DNA of 64,000 bases from positions 21,919 through 85,918 of the forward strand of contig CANJBZ010000009.1 of assembly GCA_947473475.1 (NCBI GenBank). The letters are read 5' to 3'. Source of the DNA: Alphaproteobacteria bacterium (lineage in GTDB: Bacteria > Pseudomonadota > Alphaproteobacteria > Micropepsales > Micropepsaceae). Shown one piece after another: positions 1-9,792 of this stretch (position 1 is its first letter; the number at the start of each line of letters is the position of its first letter). The notes below the pieces were generated by a model that made no database searches, was not told where the DNA came from, and saw only the letters and a program-made list of their open reading frames with translations. The position numbers were made by a program, and so were the translations under genes.

Positions 1-312
1 GGCTTTTTTATAGAGCTTTCGGTCCGCCTGAGCTCTCGGGCCGCGAACGGCCGGGCCCTTACGGCGGTTAAGGAGCCGGAATTGAATTCCCGCGGCGTCT
101 GCCACCCGGCCCATGAGGCCGTCCATCGCATCGATCTCGCGGACGAGATGCCCTTTTCCGAGCCCGCCGATTGCGGGGTTGCACGACATTTCACCGATCG
201 TCGCGTGCTTATGGGTGAGCAGCAGTGTACGCGCGCCTGCCCGCGCGGCGGCCGATGCCGCTTCGCACCCCGCGTGTCCCCCGCCGACGACGATGACGTC
301 AATTTCGTTCAT
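1..312 (-). CDS. mnmG: tRNA uridine 5-carboxymethylaminomethyl modification enzyme MnmG (GidA), N-terminal part, runs off left edge
   Basis: Reverse complement from ATG at 310-312 reads [64 protein letters not shown]. This has the FAD GxGxxG motif and the SCNPAIGG signature of MnmG. It is open to the window edge, so it is absent from the ORF track. It lies 43 nt downstream of mnmE. The + ORFs 82-423 and 113-454 are antisense shadows. Confidence 0.9.
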   Translation of the reverse strand, partial: MNEIDVIVVGGGHAGCEAASAAARAGARTLLLTHKHATIGEMSCNPAIGGLGKGHLVREIDAMDGLMGRVADAAGIQFRLLNRRKGPAVRGPRAQADRKLYKKA

Positions 313-355
313 GCGATCTTCTACTCTGGCCCGGCGGATGTTTCACGTGAAACAC

Positions 356-1666
356 TCACTTGCCGATGCAAAAATCCCGAAACACCACGTCGAGCAATTC
401 ATCCAAATCCACGCGGCCGGTGATTCGCCCAATACTGCGGAGCGCGTGCCGTAAATGTTCCGCGGCGAGTTCCGGCTCCTCACTCGCCAAGCCGCCGGAA
501 ATGCTCGCTACCGCTTCCTCAAGCGCGACCCGATGACGGGCGCGGGTTAAGACGGGCGCCTCGCCGATATCCAGCCTTTCCGCGGCGACATCGGCAATTT
601 GCCCGATCAAAGCTTCCAAGCCTTCCCCGGTTCTGGCCGAAACCCAGAGGCCGGCCTCGTGCCTCTCAGGAGCCAAATCGGCTTTGTTCCAGACGGTAAT
701 GTCGGAATCCGACCCCGAAAGATAGTTCGGCGCCGTCACGTCGAGCACCAAAATCCTCAGATCGGCTCCTTTGGCTCGCGCAAGGGCGCGTTTCACCCCT
801 TCTTGCTCGATGCGGTCCTCAGACTCCCGCAGACCGGCCGTGTCCGCCAGAATGATGGGATAGCCCCGGAGATCGAGCCTCACCTCCAAGACATCCCGCG
901 TGGTGCCGGGTATGTCCGACACGATGGCTACATCGCGCTGCGCCAGAGCATTTAGAAGCGAGCTTTTGCCCACATTGGGCGCACCGATGATCGCCACGTG
1001 AAAACCCTCACGAAGAATTTCCCCACGGCGGCCATCGCTCAAATGCGCCTGTATTTCCTGCCAAATTGAGAGAAGGCTCGCCCTGCTCGTCTCCGCGGCC
1101 TCCGGCGGAATATCTTCGTCCGCGAAATCAATTCCGGCCTCGATCCATGCGGCGGCGTGAATAAGACGTGCCCGCCAATTCTCGTAGATGCCAGTAAGGC
1201 GCCCCTCCATTTGCCGGAGCGCGAGCCGGTGTTGCGCCTGAGTTTCGGCATTGACCAAATCCGCAATCGCTTCAGCTTGGGTGAGATCGAGGCGGCCGTT
1301 TTCAACCGCGCGCCGGGTGAACTCGCCAGGCTCCGCTGGCCGCAGTCCGGCCATCGATGCCAAACCTTGAAGCAGCGCTGCCGTAACGGCCCGCCCCCCG
1401 TGGATCTGAAACTCCGCGACATCTTCCCCCGTAAAGCTGTGTGGGCCTGGGAAAAAGAGCAAAAGACCGGAATCGATAAGATCGCCGTTCGTTAGATCGA
1501 ACAATTTTCGAAAAACAGCCTGGCGATCGGCTCCCCTTTCGCTTCGACTCAATGCTTGAATGGCGTAAGCGGCCTGCGGCCCCGATAGCCGGATGATCGC
1601 GACTCCGGCCTTACCCGGCGCTGTCGCAACCGCAAAAATCGTGTCCTGGCTGGCACTCATGTCCAC
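356..1666 (-). CDS. mnmE: tRNA modification GTPase MnmE (TrmE)
   Basis: 436 aa. G-domain motifs [15 protein letters not shown] and NKAD are present, as is the C-terminal CIGK tetrapeptide characteristic of MnmE. Confidence 0.95.
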   Translation of the reverse strand: MDMSASQDTIFAVATAPGKAGVAIIRLSGPQAAYAIQALSRSERGADRQAVFRKLFDLTNGDLIDSGLLLFFPGPHSFTGEDVAEFQIHGGRAVTAALLQGLASMAGLRPAEPGEFTRRAVENGRLDLTQAEAIADLVNAETQAQHRLALRQMEGRLTGIYENWRARLIHAAAWIEAGIDFADEDIPPEAAETSRASLLSIWQEIQAHLSDGRRGEILREGFHVAIIGAPNVGKSSLLNALAQRDVAIVSDIPGTTRDVLEVRLDLRGYPIILADTAGLRESEDRIEQEGVKRALARAKGADLRILVLDVTAPNYLSGSDSDITVWNKADLAPERHEAGLWVSARTGEGLEALIGQIADVAAERLDIGEAPVLTRARHRVALEEAVASISGGLASEEPELAAEHLRHALRSIGRITGRVDLDELLDVVFRDFCIGK

Positions 1667-1762
1667 AATCGACGCCTGCTGACTTGTGAGAAGCGCGATA
1701 GAAGGGCTAGGAAATGGCGATATTCACCGTCAAGCGCCTTTGCGCTTTTTCCGGGCACCTCC

Positions 1763-3835
1763 ATGACCAATCTCCTCGCCAATGAAACCAGCCCCTATCT
1801 GCTGCAGCATAAAGACAACCCCGTGGACTGGCGTCCTTGGGGCCCGGAAGCTTTGGCCGAAGCACTGCGCGCCAACAAGCCTCTCCTGGTTTCAGTGGGA
1901 TATGCGTCCTGTCACTGGTGCCATGTCATGGCCCATGAGAGCTTTGAGGATGTTGAGACCGCCCGTTTGATGAACGAACTTTACGTCTGTGTGAAGGTCG
2001 ATCGCGAAGAACGCCCCGACATCGACAACTGGCTGCAAAAAGTGCCGGCCGTGATCGGCGCCCGCGGCGGCTGGCCGTTAAACGTATTTCTGACACCAAA
2101 AGGCGAGCCATTCTGGGGCGGCACCTATTTCCCCAGGGATGAAGGCTTCGGCCGGCCATCCTTCAAGACCGTGCTTCGCGACATTGCCGAGCGTTATCGC
2201 GACACGCCCGAAATGCTGCAACCCAATGTGCGTCAAGTCGCAGATTCGCTTGACCAAGCCTGGTATCAGAACCGCTCCGGCACATTCGACATGCACAAGC
2301 TGGATCGTGTCGCGATTGCAATCGCGCAGAATTGCGACATCTTTTATGGCGGCACAATCGGCGCGCCGAAATTCCCCAACGTCTCGATTCTCGAACTGCT
2401 GTGGCGTGCCTATTTGCGCACCGGCATGCAGCAGTTCCTTTCACTGACATTGGTTGCGCTCGACAATATGGGCCGCGGCGGCATCTACGATCACATCGGC
2501 GGCGGCTTTGCGCGCTATGCAACCGACGAGCAATGGCTCGTGCCGCATTTCGAAAAAATGCTCTACGACAACGCGCAGATGATCGACCTGATGACGCTGG
2601 TCTGGCAGCACGGAAAGCAGCCCGTGCTGAAGACCAAAGTCGAAGAGACGATTGCCTGGGCCATGCGGGAAATGCGCGTGGAAAACGCAGCGTTCGCATC
2701 AAGCCAGGATGCCGACACGGACGGCGATGAAGGAAAGTTCTACGTCTGGACCGAGAGCGAAATCGAAACCCTCCTCGCAGGCACGCCGGTCGACCGCTTC
2801 AAGCAAGCGTTCGGCGTGACGCGCGACGGAAACTTCCCGCATGAAGGCAAACCCACGGGACGCAATATTCTGCACCGCGTCGCGAATCTGCCGGCCTGGA
2901 CCGAAGCGGAAGAGATCACGTTCAGTGCGCAAAAACAGCGTCTGCTTGAGGCCCGCGAAAAGCGCATACGGCCGGCCCGGGACGATAAGGTTCTGGTCGA
3001 CTGGAACGGCCTGATGATCGCGGCCCTGACGAATGCCGCAATGGCGTTCGACCGCCGTGACTGGATAGAAGCGTCACAGCGCGCCTTCCAGTTCGTCTGT
3101 GAAAAACTGGGCGATGGGGAGCGGCTGTTCCACTCGTATCGGGACGGCAAGCGGCAGCATCCTGCTTTTGCGGACGGCTATGCCGCGATGACCCGCGCCG
3201 CGCTTGCCCTTTGGGAAGCGACCCAGGAGCGGCGTTATCTGGACCATGCCATCGCGTGGACGCGGACCATGGACCAGGAATTCTGGGACGTCGTCCAAGG
3301 CGGCTATGTTTTCTCCCGTAACACCGATGTGCCCGAACAGGTACGCACCCGCACGGCTCTCGACGCCCAAACGCCCGCCGGCAACGGCCTGATGATTGGA
3401 ATCCACGGACGGCTGTTTTACGCCACGCTGGACCAGGCCTATGCCGAACGCGCCAACACATTGATCCAGGCTTTCGCCGGCGATGTGGCAACGCAGTACC
3501 TGCAAATGGCGACCTATTTGAACAATTTCGAATTCTGCACGTCCTGCCTTGAAATCATCGTCTATGGGCCGAGCTACGATCCGCGCACCCAGGACTTGGT
3601 GAAAGCCGTCACGGGACGCTCCCTGCCCAACCGGCTGCTGATGGTTGTCGCACCGGGACAAAGTTTGCCGCCCGGACACCCGGCCGAAGGCAAGCTCATG
3701 CAGGAAGGTCTGCCCACCGCTTATGTCTGCGGCGGGATGGTGTGCTCGCCGCCCATCACGAGCGCGGCGGTGCTCAGCCACGTCCTGCAATTGCCTGAAA
3801 ATTCTCCCATGGCGAGGACAGCCGGAAACGCCTGA
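1763..3835 (+). CDS. thioredoxin-domain protein (DUF255 / YyaL-like)
   Basis: 690 aa. The N-terminal thioredoxin-like region contains [13 protein letters not shown]. The C-terminal part is long and helical, as in YyaL/SSP411-type proteins. Confidence 0.8.
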   Translation: MTNLLANETSPYLLQHKDNPVDWRPWGPEALAEALRANKPLLVSVGYASCHWCHVMAHESFEDVETARLMNELYVCVKVDREERPDIDNWLQKVPAVIGARGGWPLNVFLTPKGEPFWGGTYFPRDEGFGRPSFKTVLRDIAERYRDTPEMLQPNVRQVADSLDQAWYQNRSGTFDMHKLDRVAIAIAQNCDIFYGGTIGAPKFPNVSILELLWRAYLRTGMQQFLSLTLVALDNMGRGGIYDHIGGGFARYATDEQWLVPHFEKMLYDNAQMIDLMTLVWQHGKQPVLKTKVEETIAWAMREMRVENAAFASSQDADTDGDEGKFYVWTESEIETLLAGTPVDRFKQAFGVTRDGNFPHEGKPTGRNILHRVANLPAWTEAEEITFSAQKQRLLEAREKRIRPARDDKVLVDWNGLMIAALTNAAMAFDRRDWIEASQRAFQFVCEKLGDGERLFHSYRDGKRQHPAFADGYAAMTRAALALWEATQERRYLDHAIAWTRTMDQEFWDVVQGGYVFSRNTDVPEQVRTRTALDAQTPAGNGLMIGIHGRLFYATLDQAYAERANTLIQAFAGDVATQYLQMATYLNNFEFCTSCLEIIVYGPSYDPRTQDLVKAVTGRSLPNRLLMVVAPGQSLPPGHPAEGKLMQEGLPTAYVCGGMVCSPPITSAAVLSHVLQLPENSPMARTAGNA

Positions 3836-3909
3836 GACGTATGGTGAGGACTGAAACGAGTCGCTATGGTTAGGGAAAGCTAAGACGCACAAACCGGAGG
3901 GGAACATCC

Positions 3910-4608
3910 ATGAGTGGAAAAGACATTACGATTGCAGGCGCTGACGGCAGTTTCGGCGGCTATCTGGCCAGCCCGGCGAGCGGCCATGGACCGGGCGTCA
4001 TCGTCATTCAGGAAATCTTCGGCGTGAACGATGTGGTGCGCAAAATCTGCGACGACCATGCCGCCAAAGGACGCTTCGCACTTGCGCCGGATCTGTTCTG
4101 GCGGCTGGAGCCGGGCGTACAGCTTACCGACCAAACCCAGGAAGACTGGGGTAAGGCGTTCGGCTTGATGCAGCGCTTTGACGCCGACAAGGGCGTGCAG
4201 GACATCCAAGCCACCATCAGCCATCTGCGCAAAGTTCCGGGCGTGTCCGGTAAAGTTGGAACGGTCGGGTACTGCCTTGGCGGCCGCATGGCTTATCTGG
4301 CATCGACGCGCACGGATACCGACGCGTCGGTCGGCTATTATGGCGTTTACATCCAAGCCGGGCTCGACGAAGCCAAAAACATCAAAAAGCCGCTGATGCT
4401 GCACATTGCTGACAAGGACCAGTTCACGCCGCCGGAAGCACAAAAGCAGATCACCGACGGCCTCAAAGGCAACAGCCTGGTCACGCTGCATGTGTATCCG
4501 GAAATGGATCATGCCTTCGCCCGTATCGGCGGCCAGCATTACGACAAGGCCTGCGCCGATCTGGCGAACACGCGCACCGACACGTTCTTCCGCGAGTATC
4601 TGGGGTAA
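3910..4608 (+). CDS. dienelactone hydrolase family protein
   Basis: 232 aa alpha/beta hydrolase with the Cys nucleophile elbow VGYCLGGRMAY and a C-terminal YPEMDHAF His region, typical of DLH. Confidence 0.85.
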   Translation: MSGKDITIAGADGSFGGYLASPASGHGPGVIVIQEIFGVNDVVRKICDDHAAKGRFALAPDLFWRLEPGVQLTDQTQEDWGKAFGLMQRFDADKGVQDIQATISHLRKVPGVSGKVGTVGYCLGGRMAYLASTRTDTDASVGYYGVYIQAGLDEAKNIKKPLMLHIADKDQFTPPEAQKQITDGLKGNSLVTLHVYPEMDHAFARIGGQHYDKACADLANTRTDTFFREYLG

Positions 4609-4613
4609 AACAC

Positions 4614-5582
4614 GTGAAAGCCGTCCGCATCCACAAAACCGGCGGTCCGGAAGTCCTCCAGTATGAGGATGTCGATCTGGCGCCGCCGGCGGCCGATCAA
4701 GTGCGCGTCAAGCACACCGTCATCGGCGTCAATTTCATCGACACCTATCATCGGCAGGGCCTTTATCCGCTGCCGATGCCCGCAGGGATCGGCTCGGAAG
4801 CCGCCGGTGTGGTGGATGCGATCGGCGCAAACGTCAGTACGCTGAAAGTTGGCGACCGAGTCGCCTATTCCCAGGTCCGAGGGACCTATGCGGAAGCGGC
4901 CAATATTCCCGCTTGGCTTGCGGTGAAGCTGCCGGACAATATCTCCGATGAGATCGCCGCGGCGGCTCTGCTGAAAGGGCTGACGGCGCGATATCTTTTG
5001 AAGGCGACATTTCCGGTCAAGGCCGGGCAAACGATCCTGTTTCACTCCGCTGCCGGCGGCGTCGGGCTGATTGCCTGTCAGTGGGCCAAGCATCTGGGCG
5101 TCACGGTCATCGGCACAGTCGGCTCGAACGATAAGGTCGCCCTCGCCCAGGAGAATGGCTGCACGCATGTTCTGAACACCCGGAAAGACGACTGGGTGAA
5201 GCGCGTGCGCGAAATTACCAACGGCGCCGGCGTGCCGGTCGTCTATGATTCCATCGGCAAGGACACATTCATGGGTTCCATGGATTGTCTGTCGGTGCGC
5301 GGGATGCTGGTCTATTTCGGCAATTCGTCCGGCGCCGTGCCTGCCTTCGAGCCGTTGACGCTCGCGCAAAAAGGCTCGTTGTTCCTGACACGGCCAACCC
5401 TCGTTCACTATATGCGCGATGCCCAGGAACTTAAGGAGACGGCTGACGATCTCTTTGCAGCCATTGCCTCAGGGGCCGTGAAAATCGCCGTGAACCAAAG
5501 GTTCAAACTTTCCGACGCACGCGCGGCGCATGAGGCGCTTCACTCCCGGCAGACCACCGGCGCAACCGTGTTGTTGCCGTAG
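4614..5582 (+). CDS. qor: NADPH:quinone oxidoreductase (zeta-crystallin/Qor family)
   Basis: 322 aa MDR-family protein. The cofactor motif HSAAGGVGLIACQWAKHLG closely mirrors the Qor pattern. It starts 5 nt after the DLH gene. Confidence 0.85.
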   Translation: MKAVRIHKTGGPEVLQYEDVDLAPPAADQVRVKHTVIGVNFIDTYHRQGLYPLPMPAGIGSEAAGVVDAIGANVSTLKVGDRVAYSQVRGTYAEAANIPAWLAVKLPDNISDEIAAAALLKGLTARYLLKATFPVKAGQTILFHSAAGGVGLIACQWAKHLGVTVIGTVGSNDKVALAQENGCTHVLNTRKDDWVKRVREITNGAGVPVVYDSIGKDTFMGSMDCLSVRGMLVYFGNSSGAVPAFEPLTLAQKGSLFLTRPTLVHYMRDAQELKETADDLFAAIASGAVKIAVNQRFKLSDARAAHEALHSRQTTGATVLLP

Positions 5583-5641
5583 AGGTGCGGCGCTGATCCG
5601 GTTCCGTAAGAGGCCCCCGCAATTTTCAGGCAGCCGGCGCA

Positions 5642-6217
5642 ATGCTTGAAAATGAACGCGTCGCGTTGGCCCTGATTGCGCTGATCACCGGCGCGATGGG
5701 ATTCATCGAGAGCATGCTTGCCGTGCCTGCCGGGTCCACAGCCATGGCGGCCGACGCCTTGTCGTTCGTACAGCATTCCATAACCGCCGGATTTGCCCTG
5801 TGGGCCACTTCGGGGACGATCACCCGCGAGCGTTGGACGGTGCAGTTGCAGGGATTTGTGATGGCTCTGTTGGGCGCCCTGGTCTTTATCATCGCGGTCA
5901 GGCGCTTCTTTCTGGGAAGCATCCCCCACCCTATGGCAATGCTTGTCATCGGGGCGATGGCGCTGACGGCTCACCTTGCGGTGGGGGCCATCGTGCTTCG
6001 CCAGCGACGGCTCCTCACGGGCTTCGCGCCCCTGTGGCGGCTCTCCCGCGCCGACGCGGTGGGAAACATTGCCGTGATGGCGGCAGCCGTGGCCGTTGTC
6101 GCAACGCGGTCCAATATTCCCGATCTCGTGATTGGCGGGGTGATGGCCGTTTTCTTCTTCATCTCAGGCTGGCGAATCGCCATAACAGGCCGGCTCGATG
6201 CGGGACACACGCGCTAA
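5642..6217 (+). CDS. CDF-like cation transporter membrane-domain protein (no cytoplasmic C-terminal domain)
   Basis: 191 aa with about 5-6 predicted hydrophobic helices. The STAMAADALSFVQHS segment resembles the CDF TM2 region, and RADAVGNIAV resembles TM5, but the protein ends right after the last helix. Confidence 0.5.
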   Translation: MLENERVALALIALITGAMGFIESMLAVPAGSTAMAADALSFVQHSITAGFALWATSGTITRERWTVQLQGFVMALLGALVFIIAVRRFFLGSIPHPMAMLVIGAMALTAHLAVGAIVLRQRRLLTGFAPLWRLSRADAVGNIAVMAAAVAVVATRSNIPDLVIGGVMAVFFFISGWRIAITGRLDAGHTR

Positions 6218-6220
6218 CCC

Positions 6221-6745
6221 ATGCTGAAACTCAAGAATATTGAACGCCTTCTGGAGCGCGGCCTGTTCGCCAGCCGCTGGCTGATGGCGCCGTTTTATGT
6301 CGGCCTGGTTGTAGCGCTGATGGTTCTGCTAGCGGTGTTTGTCCAAGCCATTTTCGCCGAGATCCCGAAGCTCGCCGATCTCGACGAAGCCCATGTCATT
6401 CTTTGGGTTCTTACGCTGATCGACCTTTCTCTCGCGGCCAATCTCATTCTGATGGTGATCTTCGCGGGGTACGAAAACTTTGTGTCCAAGATGGATACAC
6501 ACGACCATCCCGACCGGCCCGCCTGGATGGGCACCATCGACTTCTCAGCGATGAAGCTGAAGCTTTTGGCCTCCATCGTCGCGATATCGGCCATTCAGCT
6601 GCTTAAGGTTTTCATGTCGATCGGCGCGTACACACGGGAACAGATGATGTTCCTGATCGTGATCCACGTGACCTTCGTCGTGTCAGGCGTGCTGCTGGCC
6701 TTGATGGATTACATCGCCGAGAAGGCGGGCGAGCACCAGCACTGA
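6221..6745 (+). CDS. UPF0114 / YqhA family inner-membrane protein
   Basis: 174 aa. The N-terminal ERGLFASRWLMAPFYVGL region and four hydrophobic segments match the YqhA (TIGR00645-type) family pattern. Confidence 0.75.
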   Translation: MLKLKNIERLLERGLFASRWLMAPFYVGLVVALMVLLAVFVQAIFAEIPKLADLDEAHVILWVLTLIDLSLAANLILMVIFAGYENFVSKMDTHDHPDRPAWMGTIDFSAMKLKLLASIVAISAIQLLKVFMSIGAYTREQMMFLIVIHVTFVVSGVLLALMDYIAEKAGEHQH

Positions 6746-6776
6746 GCGCTGATGCCGTCAGACCCATTCGAGAAGC

Positions 6777-6797
6777 CGGGAGGCCTTGCGGCTCCCG
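6777..6797. terminator. imperfect GC hairpin between convergent yqhA-like and rho genes
   Basis: CGGGAG(G)CC-TTGC-GGCTCCCG forms 8 bp with one bulge. There is no clear U-tract on either strand. Confidence 0.3.
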
Positions 6798-6809
6798 CGC
6801 GTTCCAAAG

Positions 6810-8066
6810 TTACGTGTTCATGCTGTCGAAGAAGTCGTCGTTCGTCTTGGATTGACGCATCTTGTCCAGCAGGAACTCGATGGCATCGATGGTGCCCATC
6901 GGCGCCAGAATGCGGCGCAGGACATACATCTTCGCCAGCGTGCCTTTATCGACCAGCAATTCGTCCTTGCGGGTGCCGGAACGCAGAATGTCGATCGCCG
7001 GGAACACGCGCTTGTCGGCGACTTTGCGATCCAGGATGATTTCCGAGTTGCCGGTGCCTTTGAATTCTTCAAAGATGACTTCATCCATGCGCGAACCGGT
7101 ATCGATCAGCGCCGTCGCGATGATGGTGAGCGAACCGCCTTCTTCGATATTGCGGGCCGCACCGAAGAAGCGCTTCGGCCGCTGCAGCGCGTTGGCGTCC
7201 ACACCCCCGGTCAGAACCTTACCCGATGAGGGCACAACCGTGTTGTAGGCTCGTCCGAGGCGCGTAATGGAATCCAGCAAGATCACCACGTCCCGCTTGT
7301 GCTCGACCAGGCGCTTGGCCTTTTCGATGACCATTTCGGCAACTTGCACATGGCGCGTCGCAGGCTCGTCGAAGGTCGAGGAAATCACCTCACCCTTCAC
7401 CGTGCGCTGCATATCGGTAACTTCTTCCGGGCGCTCATCGATCAAAAGCACGATCAAATAACAGTCTGGGTGATTGGCAGCGATCGACTTGGCGATGTTC
7501 TGCAGAATCACCGTCTTGCCGGTACGTGGCGGCGCCGTGATGAGGGCGCGCTGGCCCATGCCCAAGGGCGCCACGATGTCGATGATCCGTCCGGTCCTGT
7601 CTTTAACCGTCGGCTCTTCCAGTTCCATTACAAACTTCCGCGTCGGATAGAGCGGCGTCAGATTGTCGAAATGGACCTTGTGCTTGCCGGCTTCCGGGTC
7701 TTCGAAATTGATGGTCGAAACCTTCAGCAGGGCGAAATAGCGTTCCCCGTCCTTGGGGCTGCGGATCGGGCCCTCGACCGTATCGCCGGTCCGCAGGCCG
7801 AAGCGGCGGATTTGCGAAGGCGAGACATAGATGTCGTCGGGGCCTGCCAGATAGTTCGACTCGGGGCTGCGCAGGAAGCCAAAGCCGTCTGTAAGAATTT
7901 CCAGAACACCGTTTCCGGTGATTTCGACATTGCGCTCCGCCAGCTCCTTCAGGATGGCGAACATCATGTCCTGCTTGCGCATGGACGAAGCGTTTTCAAT
8001 CTCCAGGCCTTCGGCGAATTCCAACAATTCGTTGGGCTTCTTTGATTTTAAGTCTTGGAGCTTCAT
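6810..8066 (-). CDS. rho: transcription termination factor Rho
   Basis: Walker [20 protein letters not shown] and the RNA-binding domain FGFLRSP are present. [40 protein letters not shown] aligns with the E. coli Rho N-terminus, so I chose the ATG at 8066. The ORF remains open up to an ATG at 8093. Confidence 0.95.
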   Translation of the reverse strand: MKLQDLKSKKPNELLEFAEGLEIENASSMRKQDMMFAILKELAERNVEITGNGVLEILTDGFGFLRSPESNYLAGPDDIYVSPSQIRRFGLRTGDTVEGPIRSPKDGERYFALLKVSTINFEDPEAGKHKVHFDNLTPLYPTRKFVMELEEPTVKDRTGRIIDIVAPLGMGQRALITAPPRTGKTVILQNIAKSIAANHPDCYLIVLLIDERPEEVTDMQRTVKGEVISSTFDEPATRHVQVAEMVIEKAKRLVEHKRDVVILLDSITRLGRAYNTVVPSSGKVLTGGVDANALQRPKRFFGAARNIEEGGSLTIIATALIDTGSRMDEVIFEEFKGTGNSEIILDRKVADKRVFPAIDILRSGTRKDELLVDKGTLAKMYVLRRILAPMGTIDAIEFLLDKMRQSKTNDDFFDSMNT

Positions 8067-8309
8067 GGCCTGGAGGCCGGATTGGACGGTCATTTCACGC
8101 GTACCTGTGGTGGGTTGGGCTTGAGGAGGAATTCGATCGGAAAGTGGTCCCGCGGCAAATATTCGGTTGACCGCTTTGCTTTGGGAGGTTGCGCGCCACG
8201 GCCACCTGATTCTGGCGGGGTTCGTCCAGGCGCTGTTTTGAAGAACGTCAGAACTCTATCGAAAATTCGTGGGTTTGAAAATACCCCTTCTTCGCGTGCG
8301 GCAAGGTGC

Positions 8310-8765
8310 TCAAAAAGGCTTGACCACGACCAGTATGACAATGGCGATCATCAGAATGGCAGGCGCTTCGTTCCAGGCCGCGTAAAATCGCTTGGAATGG
8401 CGTTTTCGGTCAGCGGCAAAATCCTTTCGCCAACGCGAAAAAAGCCCATGCAGGCCGGACATAGCCAAAACCAGTCCGAATTTCGCCATCAGCCAGCCCT
8501 GCATCGGCCCGCCGCTCGCCGGGGTCAAGGCCAGTGTGATGCCCAGCAGCCAGACCGTCGCCATCGCGGGATTTATGATGATCCGCAGAAGCCGGCTCTC
8601 CATGCGCTTGAAGCGTTCGGAGTCCAACGATCCGACCGTCGCCTCGCAGTGGTAAAAAAACAACCGCGGCAGATACAGCATGCCCGCCATCCAGGAAATC
8701 ACCGCGATAATGTGAAACGCCTTAATCCAGGGATAGAATGGATTAAGCGCCTCAAACATTGGCAA
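8310..8765 (-). CDS. hemJ: protoporphyrinogen IX oxidase HemJ
   Basis: 151 aa membrane protein. KAFHIIAVISWMAGMLYLPRLFFYH is the HemJ (UPF0093) signature region. It overlaps the hemH stop by 14 nt. Confidence 0.9.
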   Translation of the reverse strand: MPMFEALNPFYPWIKAFHIIAVISWMAGMLYLPRLFFYHCEATVGSLDSERFKRMESRLLRIIINPAMATVWLLGITLALTPASGGPMQGWLMAKFGLVLAMSGLHGLFSRWRKDFAADRKRHSKRFYAAWNEAPAILMIAIVILVVVKPF

Positions 8766-9792
8766 GCGCCTTGTCGTGTCCGCAGGTGCAGTTACGCGGA
8801 CAGATACGCTGGGGCGCGCAGGTAACCGGCGTTTTCGCGTTCAGCGACGTCAGCGCAAGACTTCCCAGGGCCGCAATGAAAGCTGGATGCGTACGAACCG
8901 TCGGCACCCGGATGTAATCGGGCACACCGGATTCGCCCGCCAGTTTACGGTATTCGATATCGAGTTCGACCAATGTCTCGGAATGTTCCGAGACGAACGC
9001 GACCGGGGCGATAATCACGCCTTTGCCGTCCGCCCCCGCCCGCTTGATTTCGGCATCCGTTGCCGGACCGATCCACTCCAGCGGGCCCACGCGGCTTTGA
9101 TAACAAATATTGTAATCAAGACTTTGCCCTTGCAGCTTCGCCACAACCGCTTCAACCGTGCGTTCGACCTGCCATTGGTAGGGATCGCCCTTGTCGACCA
9201 CCCGCTTGGGCAGGCCGTGAGCGGAGAATAACATCCGATAAGCGATGCCCGGCTTTGCCTGTTTCTGCGCTTGCGCCACCAAATCGGCAATCGCGCCAAC
9301 AAAGCCACTCTCGGCCGGGTAACAGCAGACCTGATGCTGCGGAACCGTCAGGCCCTGCCGGGACGCTTCCTTGCGCCATTCCTCCTGGGATGAACGGCTC
9401 GTGGTGGTGGAATATTGGGGATAGAGCGGCAACAGGACGATTCGTTCCGGTGCAAATGCCTTAACCGCGCGCACGGCATCGGCCGTAAACGGCCGCCAGC
9501 ATCGCATTGCTATGAAACACCGCGCGTCGTGACCTTCGCGCCGGAGCACCTCTTCCAAGGCACGCGCTTGGGCCTCCGTCTCCGGCAAAATCGGAGAGCT
9601 TCCGCCAAGATGCTCGTAAATCTTCTTCGCTAATGGGGTTCGCTTTGCGGCGATAAACCTGGCCAGCGGCCGGCGTATGAAACCTGGAAGCTGAATGATG
9701 GCCGGATCGCTGAACAAATTCTGCAAAAAGGGCAGAACGGCATCGAGGGAGTCCGGTCCCCCCAAATTGAACAAGACCACCGCGAGTTTCAC
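8752..9792 (-). CDS. hemH: ferrochelatase, with Cys-rich C-terminal extension
   Basis: 346 aa. Ferrochelatase motifs LFSAHGLP and SEHSETL are present. The C-terminal tail is CAPQRICPRNCTCGH. Confidence 0.95.
   Translation of the reverse strand: MKLAVVLFNLGGPDSLDAVLPFLQNLFSDPAIIQLPGFIRRPLARFIAAKRTPLAKKIYEHLGGSSPILPETEAQARALEEVLRREGHDARCFIAMRCWRPFTADAVRAVKAFAPERIVLLPLYPQYSTTTSRSSQEEWRKEASRQGLTVPQHQVCCYPAESGFVGAIADLVAQAQKQAKPGIAYRMLFSAHGLPKRVVDKGDPYQWQVERTVEAVVAKLQGQSLDYNICYQSRVGPLEWIGPATDAEIKRAGADGKGVIIAPVAFVSEHSETLVELDIEYRKLAGESGVPDYIRVPTVRTHPAFIAALGSLALTSLNAKTPVTCAPQRICPRNCTCGHDKALANV

Noticed and set aside
82-454. Two 113-aa plus-strand ORFs at the left edge.
   Set aside because: They overlap the reverse-strand N-terminus of mnmG ([19 protein letters not shown]...) and the mnmE 3' end. 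They are shadow frames.
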